NCBI GenBank assembly: GCA_040954595.2
Contig: CM082583.2
Location: forward strand, 13,359,864 to 13,423,863
Length of the DNA: 64,000 bases
Direction of reading: 5' to 3'
DNA from: Balanoglossus misakiensis
Taxonomy: Eukaryota > Animalia > Hemichordata
Both the position numbers and the translations under genes were made by a program. The notes beneath the pieces are model-generated. The model did not search any database and was not told the origin of the DNA. It was given only the letters and a program-made list of their open reading frames with translations. Positions 14,015 to 29,100 of the stretch are shown piece by piece. Within the stretch, counting starts at the first letter, position 1; each line of letters begins with the position of its first letter.

Positions 14015-17000
14015 CTAAGTCTGTACTGAAGATTTCTGTGTTTTTCTTGAGGCATTCCTAGGCTTTTCTAAACAACCGTTGTTTGTCAGTTTTAGTATTT
14101 CATAAACATCCAGTGCTTCACCTGTGAATTTTAAATCAGAAAACATAACTTAGAAACATACAAAAATGTAATGGAGAAATAATAGCCAAGAAGTTCAAAT
14201 ATAATGTATCTGGTACACACAAGACCATACAGACAATATCAATAATTATGCATCTATCAGTATTGACTGGTTGATGAGAAATTGAGATTTTAGTGCTTAC
14301 CAGGAGGGATTCCATAACCTCTCTCCAATCCGTGGGGATTGGATGGTGTTTTGCAATCCATGTGGGGTTCTTTCCTGAGAACTGTGTCAATGTCAACAGC
14401 GCTGAAAAATGCAACTGACTGAAATCAAAAGAGTAAAGAATCAGAAATATAAATCAGTGTGAATCAGAGAATATACTGTGACTTAGAACTATGAATGCTA
14501 CAATTTCAGTGCAGCTTGACCTCTGAAAGACACCTAAAATAATATAAGATGAACACTGACCAATCAGAGACAACCAGGCCAGATAATTATGGGACATTAA
14601 TTGTAAGTTTGATTGGTTGAGTGACTCACCTGGGGTAAATCATGCATTCCAACTTTGTATGCAAACATACATCTGGTCAGAAGATTTGCGATCTGTAGTG
14701 CCATGGCCGCTCTGTATTTGTCATCACTGTTGACAAGATATCGGACTTCGTCATGGATACTGATTGAAAATCTACCATCAATATTATACTTGTCCAGCAA
14801 CCACTTCATAGCAACCAACATCAGATGCAGGTAGTCAACTGCTGAACTCTGTACCACCCAGTTGACACGACTGGTCTGAAACTGGGAAGAAAAAATTGCC
14901 ATTTTTGAGACAAAGATATACACTCTACATAAAAGAATCTGGACCATCCAAACTGAAAGGACTGAAAGGCAGAGACAGCAAAAGCTACTGATTCAACTTC
15001 CTGAAAATCCAAGAGACTGAATCATGGTGTCTAGAGTTTTTATGCATCTGACTAATGCAGGACAGGGTATACTATGCATGAACTCGTTTCCTATGCTAAT
15101 CTAAATGAAAATTGATGTCTTACCTCATTGCTGACTGACTGTGGTTCCAATGCTCTGCTGATCCGACCTTCTAACACAGGTGTTCTAGGTTCCTCAGACA
15201 TGGCAATACTTTCTAACTTGTTAAACATCTCTGATTCACTGCAAAGAGCAAGGATAAACATATAATATTTTTAAAATAACAATAAAGTTGGAGACATGAA
15301 CTTTATTTGCGTCTGTTCTCAGTTGGTCTAGAATTTACATCTTTGCAGTTTTGGTGTGCACTCAATCTAAAGCTAAAGATGGAGAGTTATAAATGTTGGC
15401 ATCGGCCCTGCTTAATTCAAATTCTTGTCTTTGAAAGAACTGTTTCAACATAAATTGATTTTCCTTACCTGCCAACTTTCCATTCTTTGGCTTCTGTCAG
15501 ATCAACGCTATTCAGATCAAACATATCAATCAGTTCAAAATTATCACTGCAATTCAAGAAACATCAAAAGAAAGGTCAAAAGGATTTGAAGTGGAACATT
15601 CTTCTTTATACCACTGCATAACTATGTTGAAGAGAAACAAATCCACTAATTACCCCCTGGTGCCCTATGGCATTATTCACAGTCCATAAAACCATAGACA
15701 GTCTACAAGCTAAAACATAACACAATTTCAGGCTGGTTAGACAATGATAAAACAGAAAACTGGAAAGAGTTTGAAAATACACTCAGTCTGATACCTGATA
15801 TCATCTCTTGTTGAACAATCCAACATTGCTCTAATTTGTCGTTTGATTCTTTTCAGTTCCACCAGTGTCACCCATCTTGGTTGTTTTGATTTGTTTAAAA
15901 CCCTCTTGATGACATCTCTGACCTCTTCTTTCAATTTGTATCTGGTTGGAGTAAAACATGGTTACTATAAGACAATTTTAACAAGATTACAACGCTCCAG
16001 GGTAATTCTGGAGAGTACACAAAATCAAGTCTCTTTGAGCTGAAATACTTCTCATCTCACATACTTTTTTACTCCCTTGGTTGCTTGATACATGGTTGTC
16101 GCTTTATGTTTGGCTTCTTCCTGTGACATTCTATGTTTGAATTGTAACAGCAATCTCACAGCAAAGGGTTGACCAGCTCCATAGATTCTACCATAGTTGA
16201 AGACCTTGTGTTAGAGAAATGAGAGACTTATGGTAGGTGTCATTATGAAAAGGAAATATTTGTTGTATTATCATACAATATCTAGCACACCTCATGCTGT
16301 GTTGTGATCTGCTAGAATCAGTCATGTGATAGGAAAATAGAATGATTATTTCCCTAGGGACATAGTCACATCAACTATTATTATAGAAGATTCAAAGCTG
16401 TATGAAAGCCTTTCATTTGAACATGTCAGTTCAGGAAAACCTTTCTGGAAATCTCAGTATGTCCAGGTAATAATGTTTAGGTGTCAGTGAGAACAAACCT
16501 TAGCTTGGTCTCTGCTGATATTGATAGTATCAGCTGTTTTACTGTGTAAATCTGTACGATCTGATTTGTTACCCTGCAGTGTCATCCAACCAAAGGCTGT
16601 ACAACCTGTGAAAACATGAGAGCAGATAAAATATGTTGATGTTAACATTCATCACTGGTTCTTATTATATACACATTCCATTGAATTTATTAAAATCACA
16701 ACTAGATTTAAATGGAAACAAATCTAACAAGATTAACCACTGAGGCTTAATTCTACATTACCATGGAAACCAGCAAACTTAGCATCACCCAGAAGTGATG
16801 CAATCCAGAGTTCCTGAGAATCAACATCAGCACCCACAAAATGATATCCTGGCGGTGCTTGTACCATTGCCTTCAATTCACTGCCAACTCTGTCAGCCTG
16901 GTACAATAGAAAACATTTCAAAACACAGTATACGTTTATTTTCTGTAAATGTCAGATTTTTTGGAATGACATTTCTGAGAGTACTTTGACATAGCTGTGA

Positions 17001-20000
17001 TGCGTTCACTTAGCAATGAAGAAACTGCATAACAATTATGGCAAAATCCCTTACCCGAGCATTGCTTGCTGTCAGCCATGTTTGTTCGACAGCTCTCCTA
17101 GTTACAGTGCCAGCTGTAATAATCTTAGGTACAATAGCGCCATAGGAATTCTCCTCATCATAATCTGGATGTCTGGTGACTGTGTTTGGCAGATCACTCT
17201 TCTCAAGATATACCACCAGTTGACAACTAAAGACAAGATAATGAAAACCTTTTGAAATGGATTTGAGCTGGGAATGTGGTTTTGGTCTGAGGATTAATTA
17301 TTACCAGTACCAGTCATGAAACTCAAATTTCACATGAATACATAAAATTATCCACAAATGAAATAATTGTGAATTACAGTACTGTACAATGGAATACTGA
17401 AACTACTTTGAAGTTTGGATAGAGGAAAATGTATGTGGTCGAACAACAGGTGGAAGTACCTGATTCTGTCTTGAGCATTTCTCCAGAATGATATCATTTT
17501 ATTAATTTCTAGTATTCTGTTAGCCTCAACACCTCCATATGAACTAAGAGTGCCATCTTCCATCTTGGACAGGAAATCTTTAGCAAGAGGATTTCCAACA
17601 TTTTTATGTGCACCATCCTGAGAAATAAATGTACAATATACATGAACATGTTTCAAGATGGAGAGTAACATTGTCAAATTCAGACAAACAGACGTAATGG
17701 GAATCATAACATAATGTCAACTTGTACATCGTCATGGCATTAGAAAAACCAATAAAGTTTACAATGGACTATGGATCCTAATTTGCTAACAGTGTCCTGA
17801 AAGAAGTTTACCTTGTGTGGCATTCTAAAGAACCAACAGCCAGGTATGTTGACATCATCATGAGGACCATTTCCAGAATGCCAAGATGGGGTGTCTGCAG
17901 TGTCTCCTTTCATTCCTCTCTGTCTTTCTGACAGTTTCACTTTCTGTAATAAAATACCAAGAGATATTGAGGCACATTAATGGATAATTCTTGGTATATT
18001 TGTCCATCATATTATTTTCAATTGCGGCATACTTTCGCAGCTGTAAGAATTATGTCATGAAAGACATATTTGGTTTTGTTAAATCAATGTAAATTTTTCA
18101 GAGATTTTGTTTTCATTTTAAGTACACATACCCTGGACATGCTCCACAGTTTTTCACTGTCGCCATTTTCACTGCCAAGCACTTCAATTTCTGCAAAGAT
18201 TTTATCTTCTGTCAAATCTAGATCCTCTCTCAAGTCTTTCACCTCTGATAACAGCTCGACTTTCTTCTCGGACTTTCCAACTGATTTCAACAACTTCTTC
18301 AATGTTCTGTTGTCAGAAAATATGCATTTTGTATTCTAGGTAGCCTATTAATTGAAGATACTGGCATAGATTCATTAAATAACATTCATAGTGAACATAT
18401 ATTTTTATGTCATAAACTTGGAAAACACATACTTGTGTGGAAAGGTCACTTTCTCAGGTTTTGTGTTTTCTGATGGTGAAGTTTCCTCTGCCAAAACACC
18501 ATGGTCTCCATCTTCTCCTTTGTTCATCTCATCTGATAAATTACTTGTTCTACCAGGTACTAAGTAGCCCCACCCATGTCTTGAATCATAGTGTAGGGGA
18601 TAGCCATCCCAAGTCAATCGCAGCAGTTTTGGAGTAACTCTGACCTGTGAACTTATCAGACTTGGTCCTGGTTTCCACTCAGGGTTCTCCCTAAATCGAG
18701 GACACAGCTCTCTGTACCAGCTTGTAATGAGAAGAAAATGCAAAATGATGTAAGTTAATTGTATGGGATACTTATACCGGTATATGCATCATCTCGTAGT
18801 CTCTACGAACTCATCTTGGTTTTAATGATATACTTCATAATTTCTTATGGTAATCATGGCTTTAAAACCTGAGAAATGTTTTCAGGTACCCTGTTCATGT
18901 TGTCAATCCCTTGAATTGAAACTCTTTAACCTTTTCACCCCTGTCCCCTCTATAGAGGTCCATGTTAATTAATTGATTGGAAAATGACTGTGAATTCAAT
19001 GTTGGAAAAATTGGTTTGGTACAAAGTCTCACTTAGGATATCCTGCCATATGTTGTCTATTCTTGTACAACAGTTCACTTGTTGCCAAGATGTTCTTGAT
19101 GCGATCTTCTTGTGTCTCTTCCTCCTCCTCTGCCTTCTTCTGCTTCTTCTTGCTGTCCATGGCAACAGCTGAGAAAGTTTTGTATGATGTACCTTTGAAA
19201 GGTACACTCTGAATCTTTGAACCACTCTCTGTGGTATTATTGGCATCGAAGTCTCCACTGGTCAAAGTACTCTGTGAAAATGATCTCTTTTGCATGTCCA
19301 TATTCATTGTTTCCTTGGAAAGTTTGGTCCCAAGAGCTGCAAATGGATTCTCATCTTGTACAACATGAGTTTCACTGTCTGATCGGACTTCAGTTTCTCT
19401 GGGTGTAGTTTTATTTCTCTTGGACTTATTTTTCCCATTTGAGTTGTTGTCTTTGGATTTTCTGAATTTCAAATCTATTGTTGACCAATCAAGTTCCCAA
19501 AGCCAGGGGTCTTCCTTGTACCTGCAAAAGTCACAGCGATATCAATAAAAGCTAATGCCAATTCTAAATACATTAAATAGGTTTTAACTCCCTAAGTACC
19601 GGTAAGTAATAAAAATCTCATGTGATCAACATAATAAGTTCAAGATGATGGATTTCTGCAATGTTTAAAGCTACAGTGTCTCTGAGATTTAAAAAAAAAA
19701 CAACTGAGCCTCATTATCTAAACCGAGTTTGTACTTGGTATCCATTGAAATCAAACATGTCATGTTATGGCAGAAAACCTGACAACAATAAGCTGTAGAA
19801 ACATGTGAGCAGTTCCGTTGAGCTGTTTGCATGTTTGCTTACACTTACTACAATGTTGATATTTTAATTGCGTATTAAGTAGTTGTATTGTCAATGTGGC
19901 TATCAAAGATACTTTTTCTCAGAACTTTTTTTTCCATCCCTTCCCTTACCTTTCATTATGAAGCAAATGACAAGAGTCATTAGCAAGGTGCATCAAGGCT

Positions 20001-22344
20001 AGTTTCATTTCCTTCTGTAAATCTTCATAAGTACCTTGGGAATCTCGTAGATATCTTTCCCAGTTGTCATTCACAGGTAAATAAGCTTGACCCATCTCGA
20101 GCATGGCAGCAAAAGTCACAGGATGTGGAAATCTGTCAATTAATGTACCATTGGATGAAATTTCAAATCAATTAGGCACCCGTCTCTCTTGGCTGATGTA
20201 CACATGAACTCATAGCCTCATGGGAATCTTTACACAGCAAGTGGGAGTATGACTAACTTTCAAATCAGTTTTTCTGATTTTGCCAGGTACAATACTTTTG
20301 ACCACATGAACTCATAGCCTCATGGGAATCTTTACACAGCAAGTGGGAGTATGACTAACTTTCAAATCAGTTTTTCTGATTTTGCCAGGTACAATACTTT
20401 TGACCACTGGACACAGACAGCAAAACTAATTCTTATAAGCCTTGTAACCTCAATCTGAGCTCTGTTAGTTTTATTATCAACATCGAATTACTAATTTATA
20501 CCAATGTTGTCATTACCTTTCGAAGAAAAGAGGGAGGATTTTAGAGAATATATTATGAGTTGCTTTCACATCTCTTGCACAATAAGTCATCAAATCCTGA
20601 AAAAAGAACATAGGAAATAAATAAGGAAATTTCACTTTTCCGCATTGTGAGCATATAGCGCCCCCTACCTTCAATGATAAAAAAGTATGCCAATAGAGTT
20701 GATTCTGGCCATACCTGAAACTTCTCTCTAACGTCTTGCAGAGTGCCTGTCACAAATATTTCCTTTTCTGTTTTGTCCAGTGGTTCCTCACCGCAATACA
20801 AAGCATACACATCTCCTAGATTGTTTGGGCTGCTAACATCAATCCAGTCTGTTATCTTACAAAAAAGACAAACAAGAACAAAAAACATGACTTCTGTTGG
20901 AGTACGATTCAGATCTAGAGATACTGAAACTCCAAAGTTACAAATGCATCAAGTTTTCAGTGCAGCTGCTGTAGTTCAATGCAAATGGATGTACTCTGTC
21001 ACAACAACATACCACTGGTCCTGCTATTCTCTGTTGACTTTTTTTTATGTGCTGTTGAACCTCCTGGTTGCCAAGGTTTTTGTTCTTACGGTGATACATC
21101 CACAGGATCCTCTGGAAGCTTGTTAGCCCTGAGATAGCCATGTGTAAACTCATGGTATCAAGAAACCTGGTCTTTGGTCCCTGGGTACAAAAAATATTTT
21201 AAATCATTTTGCTGTGGAGGATTGTTTTAATAGCAGAATTCACTTTCTGGAAACTATTACATATCAGCTGCACCAAACTTTGGAGATTAAAGGTTACCAG
21301 TCTTGAAATATGTCAATTAGCCTTAAATGATGCAGGAATTTGCTTCATCATCTTTTCTATAGAAATAAAACAACAAACCTTCATAAGATACTGTTCCTTA
21401 ACGTAAGCTCTATCAAAGCTGACGTTATGACCAATGACGACCCGTGGTAACCACTTTCCATCCACTGGTTTGTTGGACGTACCAACAGTTTCCAGTGGTA
21501 TCAAGTCCTTTTTGGAGTGTTTTTGAGCCCAGGAGAATCTATCTTCTATCAGCCGTTCACTGCACCAGGAATACCTATAAAACGAAAAGACAACATTCTT
21601 TGTATAATGGTTCCAACCCTAATTCAGATCAACAGTCAAATCAAAACAGATAACAACGAAAGAAATGTGTTGCAAATTATACCAAGCATTTGGTGAAACA
21701 GCAGCAGCAAGAGTTGGGAAACCTCCTTCACTGACACAGACTTCAACATCAAAGACAAGGGCCCGGTCTTCGGGGAAATCCACTGAAACACTTGTCCCAT
21801 CTGATTCATATTTAGTCCATCCTTGCTTCCACACCCATTCAACTGGCATAACAGGAAGTGTAGTTTGTGCGATCTGTTCAGCAAGCTCCAAGTAATCTTC
21901 ACTTTGTTGTTTTGCAAGAATCCTAAAGTGTTCATCAATGTTCTTGCCAAACAGTTCTGGAAGCTTGAAATCAACTTCTGGGATGACAGAGCTTGGCTTC
22001 CCCCATAAGTTGTGCTTCTTTAAATGTTTAATACTTCTTTTAACTTTTTTCTCAAGATGTCCAGCATCTCCTTTGACTTTCTCCTGAAAAATCTGCTCAT
22101 GAAGTGGTTTTGACAACATCTGTATTTTGATTGGATTAAATCGATGCGGTCCTGAATCTGTTCCATTTCTGCTGTCATTTTTTTCATCAGAGGATATACT
22201 CTCCAGAACATCACTCTGTTCTTTACTTTGAAAAGTCCTGTATTTACTGGTTGAAAACAGATGATATATGCTTCCTGTGGCTTGTTTCTTAACTTTGCAT
22301 AGTCCATGAGATGCTAGCTTATACAGTATCTGATTGCAAGCCAT
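14015..22344 (-). CDS. POLG: Mitochondrial DNA polymerase gamma catalytic subunit, ~21 exons
   Basis: [11 protein letters not shown]; Exo I FDVEV; Exo [11 protein letters not shown]; Exo III YCARDV; Pol [13 protein letters not shown]; Pol [15 protein letters not shown]; Pol C SIHDEVRY; last exon [13 protein letters not shown] ending at stop 14015-14017. Confidence 0.97.
20201..20407. repeat. Perfect 102-bp direct tandem duplication in a POLG intron
   Basis: 20201-20302 is identical to 20303-20404 (cacatgaactcatagcc...tacttttgac), followed by cac. Confidence 0.95.
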
Positions 22345-22699
22345 GTTTGAGTTTTAAGTCTGCATAATGACTGGATGATATTGTCCGAAGAGACTCAGGT
22401 ACAACCTGTAAGAGTTTGGAGAAGAGTAAATGTTCAACCCAGGTGAGATCAATAAAGATAATCATCTTTCGATTGGAAGGATTGTATGTTTTATCAGTTG
22501 AACTGAAATATCCCTCCCCATGTAATGAGACTGTTCTGCCCCTTATGTGTATACTGCAAATGAAATAAAATTTACCACCCTTGAACTGTACCATAGTACT
22601 GTTTTATCTCTAACACTACTGACAAGCAGTTATCATTGTTGTATCGAATATTACCTGTCTTGCTGATGATATGATATCTCCCCCTTGCTCCCCCAGCTG

Positions 22700-23540
22700 G
22701 TCTTCCCCTGTGCTTTGTAGCGCCCCCAACGCCGAATATATTTTTTTAATGATGACGTCGTACTGGTTCATATATGAGATTCTTGCGCAGAGCTGCACAT
22801 GTTTCACTGTACTTAGCAGACAGTAATTAGTGTTTTTCGTTTCTTAGAATAAATGCAAATATACAAAAATGTCTATGGACATTTTATGACATAATCGGCG
22901 TGCGTTTTTAACAAAATTTTTAATCATTTCTCTAAGATCTCAATATGGCGGCGGATGCATTTCGCATGTTATTGGTAGTAAAAACACGTATAGGTCAACT
23001 TGTGAAGTCGGTGTATCGTTGAAGTACTTCGTGGTGGAATTCTTGTCATTGGTTACGGTGTAGAGCATTCATGGTAGTCGTTTCAGAGCACAGAATTTGT
23101 GCTTTACCTATAATAATTCTATAGGAAAGTTCTTAAGGGTCACATGTTTCGAAGAGAGTGTGTGTCAGTGTACTGTGTAACCGTGGTAACTGTAGCAGAC
23201 TGCAAACCCATGACAAACGGTACAGTCTACGGACGATACTGACTTGTACATGTACTCTAGAAACTACATGCGTGGCTAAATTTCAAAGATTAATTATATA
23301 ATACTCTTAGAGATTGATATAAAGTTACAGCTCAAATAGAACAAATACACGCATGAGAGTGAGCTAGGTCAAGTTGTCGTCTGCACAGGTCTGTGACGTC
23401 ACGAACACGGAAGTACTTAGAAAAAATAGACTGTGACAGAGGAACTCGTTTCCTTGTGTTCGAGGGGAGTTATTCTGACGAAGTTTGACTTCAAACCTCG
23501 AAACGTGGTAACATTGAAATCTATAATATAAAGGTAAGAT
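22700..23540. promoter_or_regulatory. Divergent promoter region between POLG (-) and semaphorin copy 1 (+)
   Basis: CpG-richer; YY1-like AATATGGCGG at 22942; palindromic CRE gtgacgtcac at ~23393; CGGAAGT at ~23408; + strand donor aaag|gtaag at ~23533. Confidence 0.4.
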
Positions 23541-26177
23541 AATCATAATGCCATTTCACGTTATTGAGCCAGGTGTCGACACGAGTCCTCAGTACTTCAT
23601 GATGTAAACAAATAGCGGTACAGTAGTCATGTCGATCTGTTTAAGTGCATTTGTCCATATATGTCTATGATTTGTCGCACACACCATTATCTTGTAATGT
23701 AAGCTTTTGTTGATTGCAAAAACTTATTTTATGTATTTATTGGGTAGACCACATAATTGAAAGTTTTCAGAGTTCATTACATTTCCCCAGCAAAACACAA
23801 AATCATTTGACAATGGCATACAAAGTTACATGATGTTTTGTTGACATATTCTTTGTAAGTTTCACACTTTGGTACCACTGGTATTTTATACAGCATTACG
23901 AATGAAATATCAGACACATTGTGAATTTCAGTTAACACTAAGATAATCACCACAGTATCATCTTTTGATGTCATTACTAATTAACGTGTGTGATATTGTA
24001 GTATGTTTCAAATAGCAGCCCCACCCAAAATATACCGTCACATTATTTCCTCATTTCAAAATTGAAATAGTATAGTACGTGGGCAGTCAGTGCATTCATT
24101 CAGATTATAAAAAAAAACTAAAATTCTTCCATCATTATTTATCTTGATCAAGGGCATACATGTATATTTGACTGATCACCATGATTACTTAATTACAGTC
24201 CATCTGCTTTTCAAAATGTTGAATTCTAAAGTATTAATGTGAGTATACTGCTGATGATAAGGAAAAGTGGTGATAGAAATAATGGGGGTGTAAGTTTTGC
24301 TATTAAAGGTGATAATACAGTCACCTGTAAAATACATCTTGTCTATATATGGTGAAAGGGGTGTATCCATGTTGGGCAGACACACTTTTTTCATATGCTG
24401 CCACCCACTGAAAATCTGTGATTGGCTATATTTCAATTTTCCCTGATAACAATGGTTTAAAATTTGTATAGGTGACTGTGTATACCACAGGTTATGAGTG
24501 AATGTGGAGCATTATTTTGCCTGCGTTGCCAATTGCTGGTGGTTGTCATTACCATTAGTGTCCAGCTAATGTATTGTCAACCTTTCTGATGCAAGTTTTC
24601 TTTTATTCCAAATGCAGTGCATACTTTTAATGATGTACAAGTTATTAGTGTTTTTGTGTATTGCATTTGGAAAAAAATAAAATTTTGTTTAGAACAGTTT
24701 GCTCTATAGGGTGGGTCACTACCAGTGGGTTACCTGTGTAATAGCTTGACTGTTCGAGACAGATTATCTTCATATATATCATGATAGACAGGGGAATTTG
24801 GGCATGTTTTTATAGATAGTAATTTAAATTGAAGGATCTATGTAACCTGAACCCAAGTTTTATTTGGTCATCTTCAGTCTGACTGCAAATGTAGGTTTTC
24901 AAATTGAAAATGTAAAGAAAAACAAAATGGCGGGTCATATGAGCATGCATGCAGCATAAATTAAACCCTTAAATTGCCATTTTTATTATACAGAGTTGCT
25001 AGCCAACGTGAGTCAGTCATGCATGGAGATACTCAGACTGGCAATTTTTGTTTTTGTAAGTTTTATATTAAATCTATTTTGTAGTCTTTTCACCAAAAGT
25101 TGAAATAAAAAAAAATCCAACAAGGAAGTAAAATGCGTTAAAGGCAAAGAAAAGTGAATTCAGGATCTGAATAGGAGTGAGTGTTACCAGGAAGGAGCAC
25201 CTCACAATAGATGACACAATTTCTACTGACAAAGTACAATGATTTATTTATGTAGTGTATAGCAAGTGATGGCCTGACATTACATGAGAGGTATATATGC
25301 CTATGGGTACCATTAGAAATTAGAGTATGGTAGTCAGTGCACACAGTTTGTTTTAAATTTCTGTGGATTAACACTAAATATGCATCAGAGAAATAATTTT
25401 GATGTCATTATTGGACCAGTAGGTTGTATTTCACATGAGTGAAGAGTCTTCAGATCCACTATTAATGTAAACACAAACAAGTATCTTGGTTACTCACAAA
25501 CAAGGGTAGAATATAATCAACAAACTAGCTACATAATTTGCTGCGTTGCTGTCCAGAAAAATCAGCAGATAGTAAAAGTTTAAGACATGTAAACACATTG
25601 AACAGTTCAGTGTATATTTGTTCAGGGTGTGGTAGATTTACCCTGTCAAATTAATCATTCAACACTTAACCTTTCCATTGTTGAATATCTTGATTAATGA
25701 GGGAATAGTTTTAATATATACAACAAAATAGGAATGTACAAGCAATATTAGCTGTATTATTTGAAAATGGCATCATGAAAATTTAATAATGAATCAGTAA
25801 TTGTTTTATTCTGACATGAAACTTTGTTTATGATATGCCAATTACTTTGGGTCAGAACACCTACTTGTAGTTCAAAGTACACCATCAAAAATGTCCAGCT
25901 GGCAACAAGGCATTTTGATCAACATATTATTTTATTATGTACAAGCTAGTATTCAGGTCAGTTGATGTGTTAATTTAATATGAAAATGTTTTCTAGTGGA
26001 TTACCATGAATATGAAATGATCTCCTCAAACATGACTTCCAACTTCTTTTTTTTAAATCTGTTTTTTTCAGCAGAGACTACACCATTCACATTGACTTGT
26101 TTTTGCCTCTTGTTTTCTTCAGGTTTAGTAACTGAATATTCAGTGAATTATCTACTTCACAACTATCACTTGGAACA

Positions 26178-29100
26178 ATGGAACAGGTGAAAGTAACAAG
26201 AAGTGTGGTTTTGATGTTGACCTTACTGTGTGTAGCAGTATCGGGGCAAGATGTTTATGTTCCGTATGACAGTAACTGTAGGTATCTTAGTTTTCTGCCC
26301 TTTGCTCCTAGTTGTATTCTTACTTTATAAAATCATATATGTAAAATAACCATTTGTGGCAGTACCTCTAATGAAATACCAGTGTGAAAAAGCCATTCAT
26401 CAACAAATGATGTAAATTGTATTTGTCTTGTGAGTATTATATTGACTGGCCATGAGGGTGACAGCATACGTCTATTTCCCTGAGGGTCTGTGAGTTACCC
26501 CAAAGCAGTGCATTGCCCCTGGGCTGAAGGCCAAGGGAAATCAACTGTTTGGGGGATCTTCACATGCCTCAGATGCAGTTCAAAAACAGAAATTAAATCT
26601 CTTATTTTGTCTCAGATCCAACTTTCGCTGAGGCTGATGTTGAGAGTTACAAAACACTATATGTGGAGAATGGATTCTTGTACATCGGAGCTGCAAGTAC
26701 ACCCAAAGTGGATGGAGATGGCTATCTCTTCAAAGTTAATGCAAGTAATATAACACAGGTATGTAGAATCCATTTGTCAAATCATTTTGAAAAGAAACAG
26801 TATCCTAAAAATGTATAATTTGCGCCAGTAACTGCATTCAGAATGACGATGACACATAAATATTCACCCCCCCCCCCCCCAACACTCTCCTCTCAACACT
26901 CATTTCTTTTATTAATCCATTTCAGGATTTAGGAATGACTCAGTTTGAAGTTGTAGATGTTACAGGTCAGGGTGACATTGACTGTAGGGGGTATGTGAAT
27001 GTAAGTATGTTTCAATTATTAAGTATGTTTCCTGCAGAGTTATATAGTAAAGCAACAAAGAAAGATATACCTACCTATACCATGTTCGATATATTTGTTG
27101 GATGGGTGACTTCATTTCCACAAACATTCCAAATACAGTTGTAAAGGACAAGACAATTCACAAAATGTAGGACAGTCATGATTCATTTTATATGATAATA
27201 ACTTGTTTACCATACACTTTTTGCAAATTTACAGGAACTACCTGAAAGAGAATCTCGATGCAGAAACTTCATCAAAGTCATAATGAACAATCCAACAGAA
27301 ACTGACAAGTTGTTGGTTTGTGGAACTAATTCAGAATCACCAAAATGTTACAGTGTTGACAAAGATGATGTAAGTAAAGCATATATTCTCATGTTTTTCT
27401 GGTAGCAGTGCATGTAAATATTAATTATTAAAGACTGAATAATCTTTTCATCACATTCCTTTGGTGACATTTTCATATATGTTTAGGACACGAATGAAAG
27501 GGCCATGAATTGTAAATATACTGTGACTGTAAATCTTTCTTCTTTCTTTTATAAGAAACTTTCTTTGTGTCCCAAACTCCATGAAATCATCGTGTAGCAT
27601 TTATTGTAAATATTTCTGAATCTTTTTCTCCTCAAGTTGAATTGGAATGGTAACTTTTCTGGGCAATACAAATGTTCAACGAAAGAAGATCAGCGAGTTA
27701 CAGCACTTTTTGGAAAAGATAACAAACTGTACACAGGTTTAGTATATGAAAAACAGAATACAAAAACTGCAGTGGCAAGAAGTCCGTTGGAAACTGATTT
27801 AGACGGGCAAGATTTGACAACAGAGCAGGATGATAATTGGCTTAGTGGTAAGTAATATCTGTAAGTTAGTGAAATGTGGTTTGGAATATATCATGAACAG
27901 GTATGTGGTTAAGGCTTTGAGCATATGCAGAAGAACATCTCAAACAAGATATCCTCAAGGCCTTTGATCAATTCCAAATTTGCATATCCTCTTCTCTGTA
28001 GGGTCTATACCGTTAAGCACATAGAATTTGTTTTGTCTAGTAAAGTGTGCTTTGAATTTTTAGGTGACTAGAAATTGTATAACAATAATTATGCTTGGGA
28101 TGTTTCCTTTTAATCCTGGGAGTGGAAAAAGGTTTTGATCTAAATAAAAAGGTATGCAACAATCAAAGATGGTCTCAAATGAGTTATGTGCTAATTCAGA
28201 TTTCATGTCATCAGAAATTGGTCTTGATGTTGAAGCCCAATCAGCTGCCTCTTATAGCATACTCAGTTTGTAGCCTGTAATAGCAGATCATGTTAGCACA
28301 TTCACTTCATATTTCCAAATGACTTCAACTTCAACACCTCTTATTACCTGCACAGAGGCTGAGTTTGTTTCTTCATACAATGTGACCAATAATGGTACAG
28401 ATGAAGTCCTCTTTTTCTTCCGGGAGCGAGCCAATGAAAATGTTAATCAGTTCCCTCAACAATTAACATATTCCATGGTAGCAAAAGTTTGTGAGGTAAG
28501 ACCTGTTTGATGTAGTGCATGTGTGGAAAAGTGTATCAGTTTCCTCCGTTATTCCTACGTAGCAGGGTAATGATTAGTATATCACCCAGTCAGTCAATCA
28601 TTGGTCTTCCATAAAAAAAGTGACTGGTGTGTTTGTTGGTTTTTGAATATGGTGATCCTGCTGTGAAAAGGCAAAGTTATACAAAAATCAAAGTGTATTG
28701 TGGCATGCCACATTTTGTAAAATGAACTAACAAGTTAATATATCACAGAAAACATTTCATCAACAAATGACTGTCATACTGTGGTGAGGGTGGTTCAAAG
28801 GGAACATGCTAGAGCCATAACTGCCTGGGCTTCCATTTTGATGCTTTGTTCAAATACATTCCCTCAAGTCTTGAGGTACTGTGGTTCAAATGTGACTGCT
28901 AGATAGCTGTTTTTCACGCAAATATCTATTGGAATGAATTCTTGAAACAGCCTTTTACTAAATTTGTGGTAAGCTTTCATTGGCAATGACTCAAAACAAA
29001 TTATCCATCTTTTAACAGAAAGATGAGGGTGGAAATGCGAATGTGCTGAAGAATAAATGGACAAGTTTTCTGAAAGCAAGATTAGATTGCTCTGTGAACG

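Noticed and set aside
21636-22594. Alternative-frame ORFs over POLG coding exon 1, reminiscent of mammalian POLGARF/ORF-Y
   Set aside because: The 95-aa and 112-aa ORFs are in the +1 frame and separated by a stop, and the 91-aa upstream ORF mostly lies in a probable intron (acceptor ~22405); no continuous overlapping ORF.
22945-23022. 25-codon ORF MAADAFRMLL...
   Set aside because: ATG is part of a YY1-like motif; too short to support.
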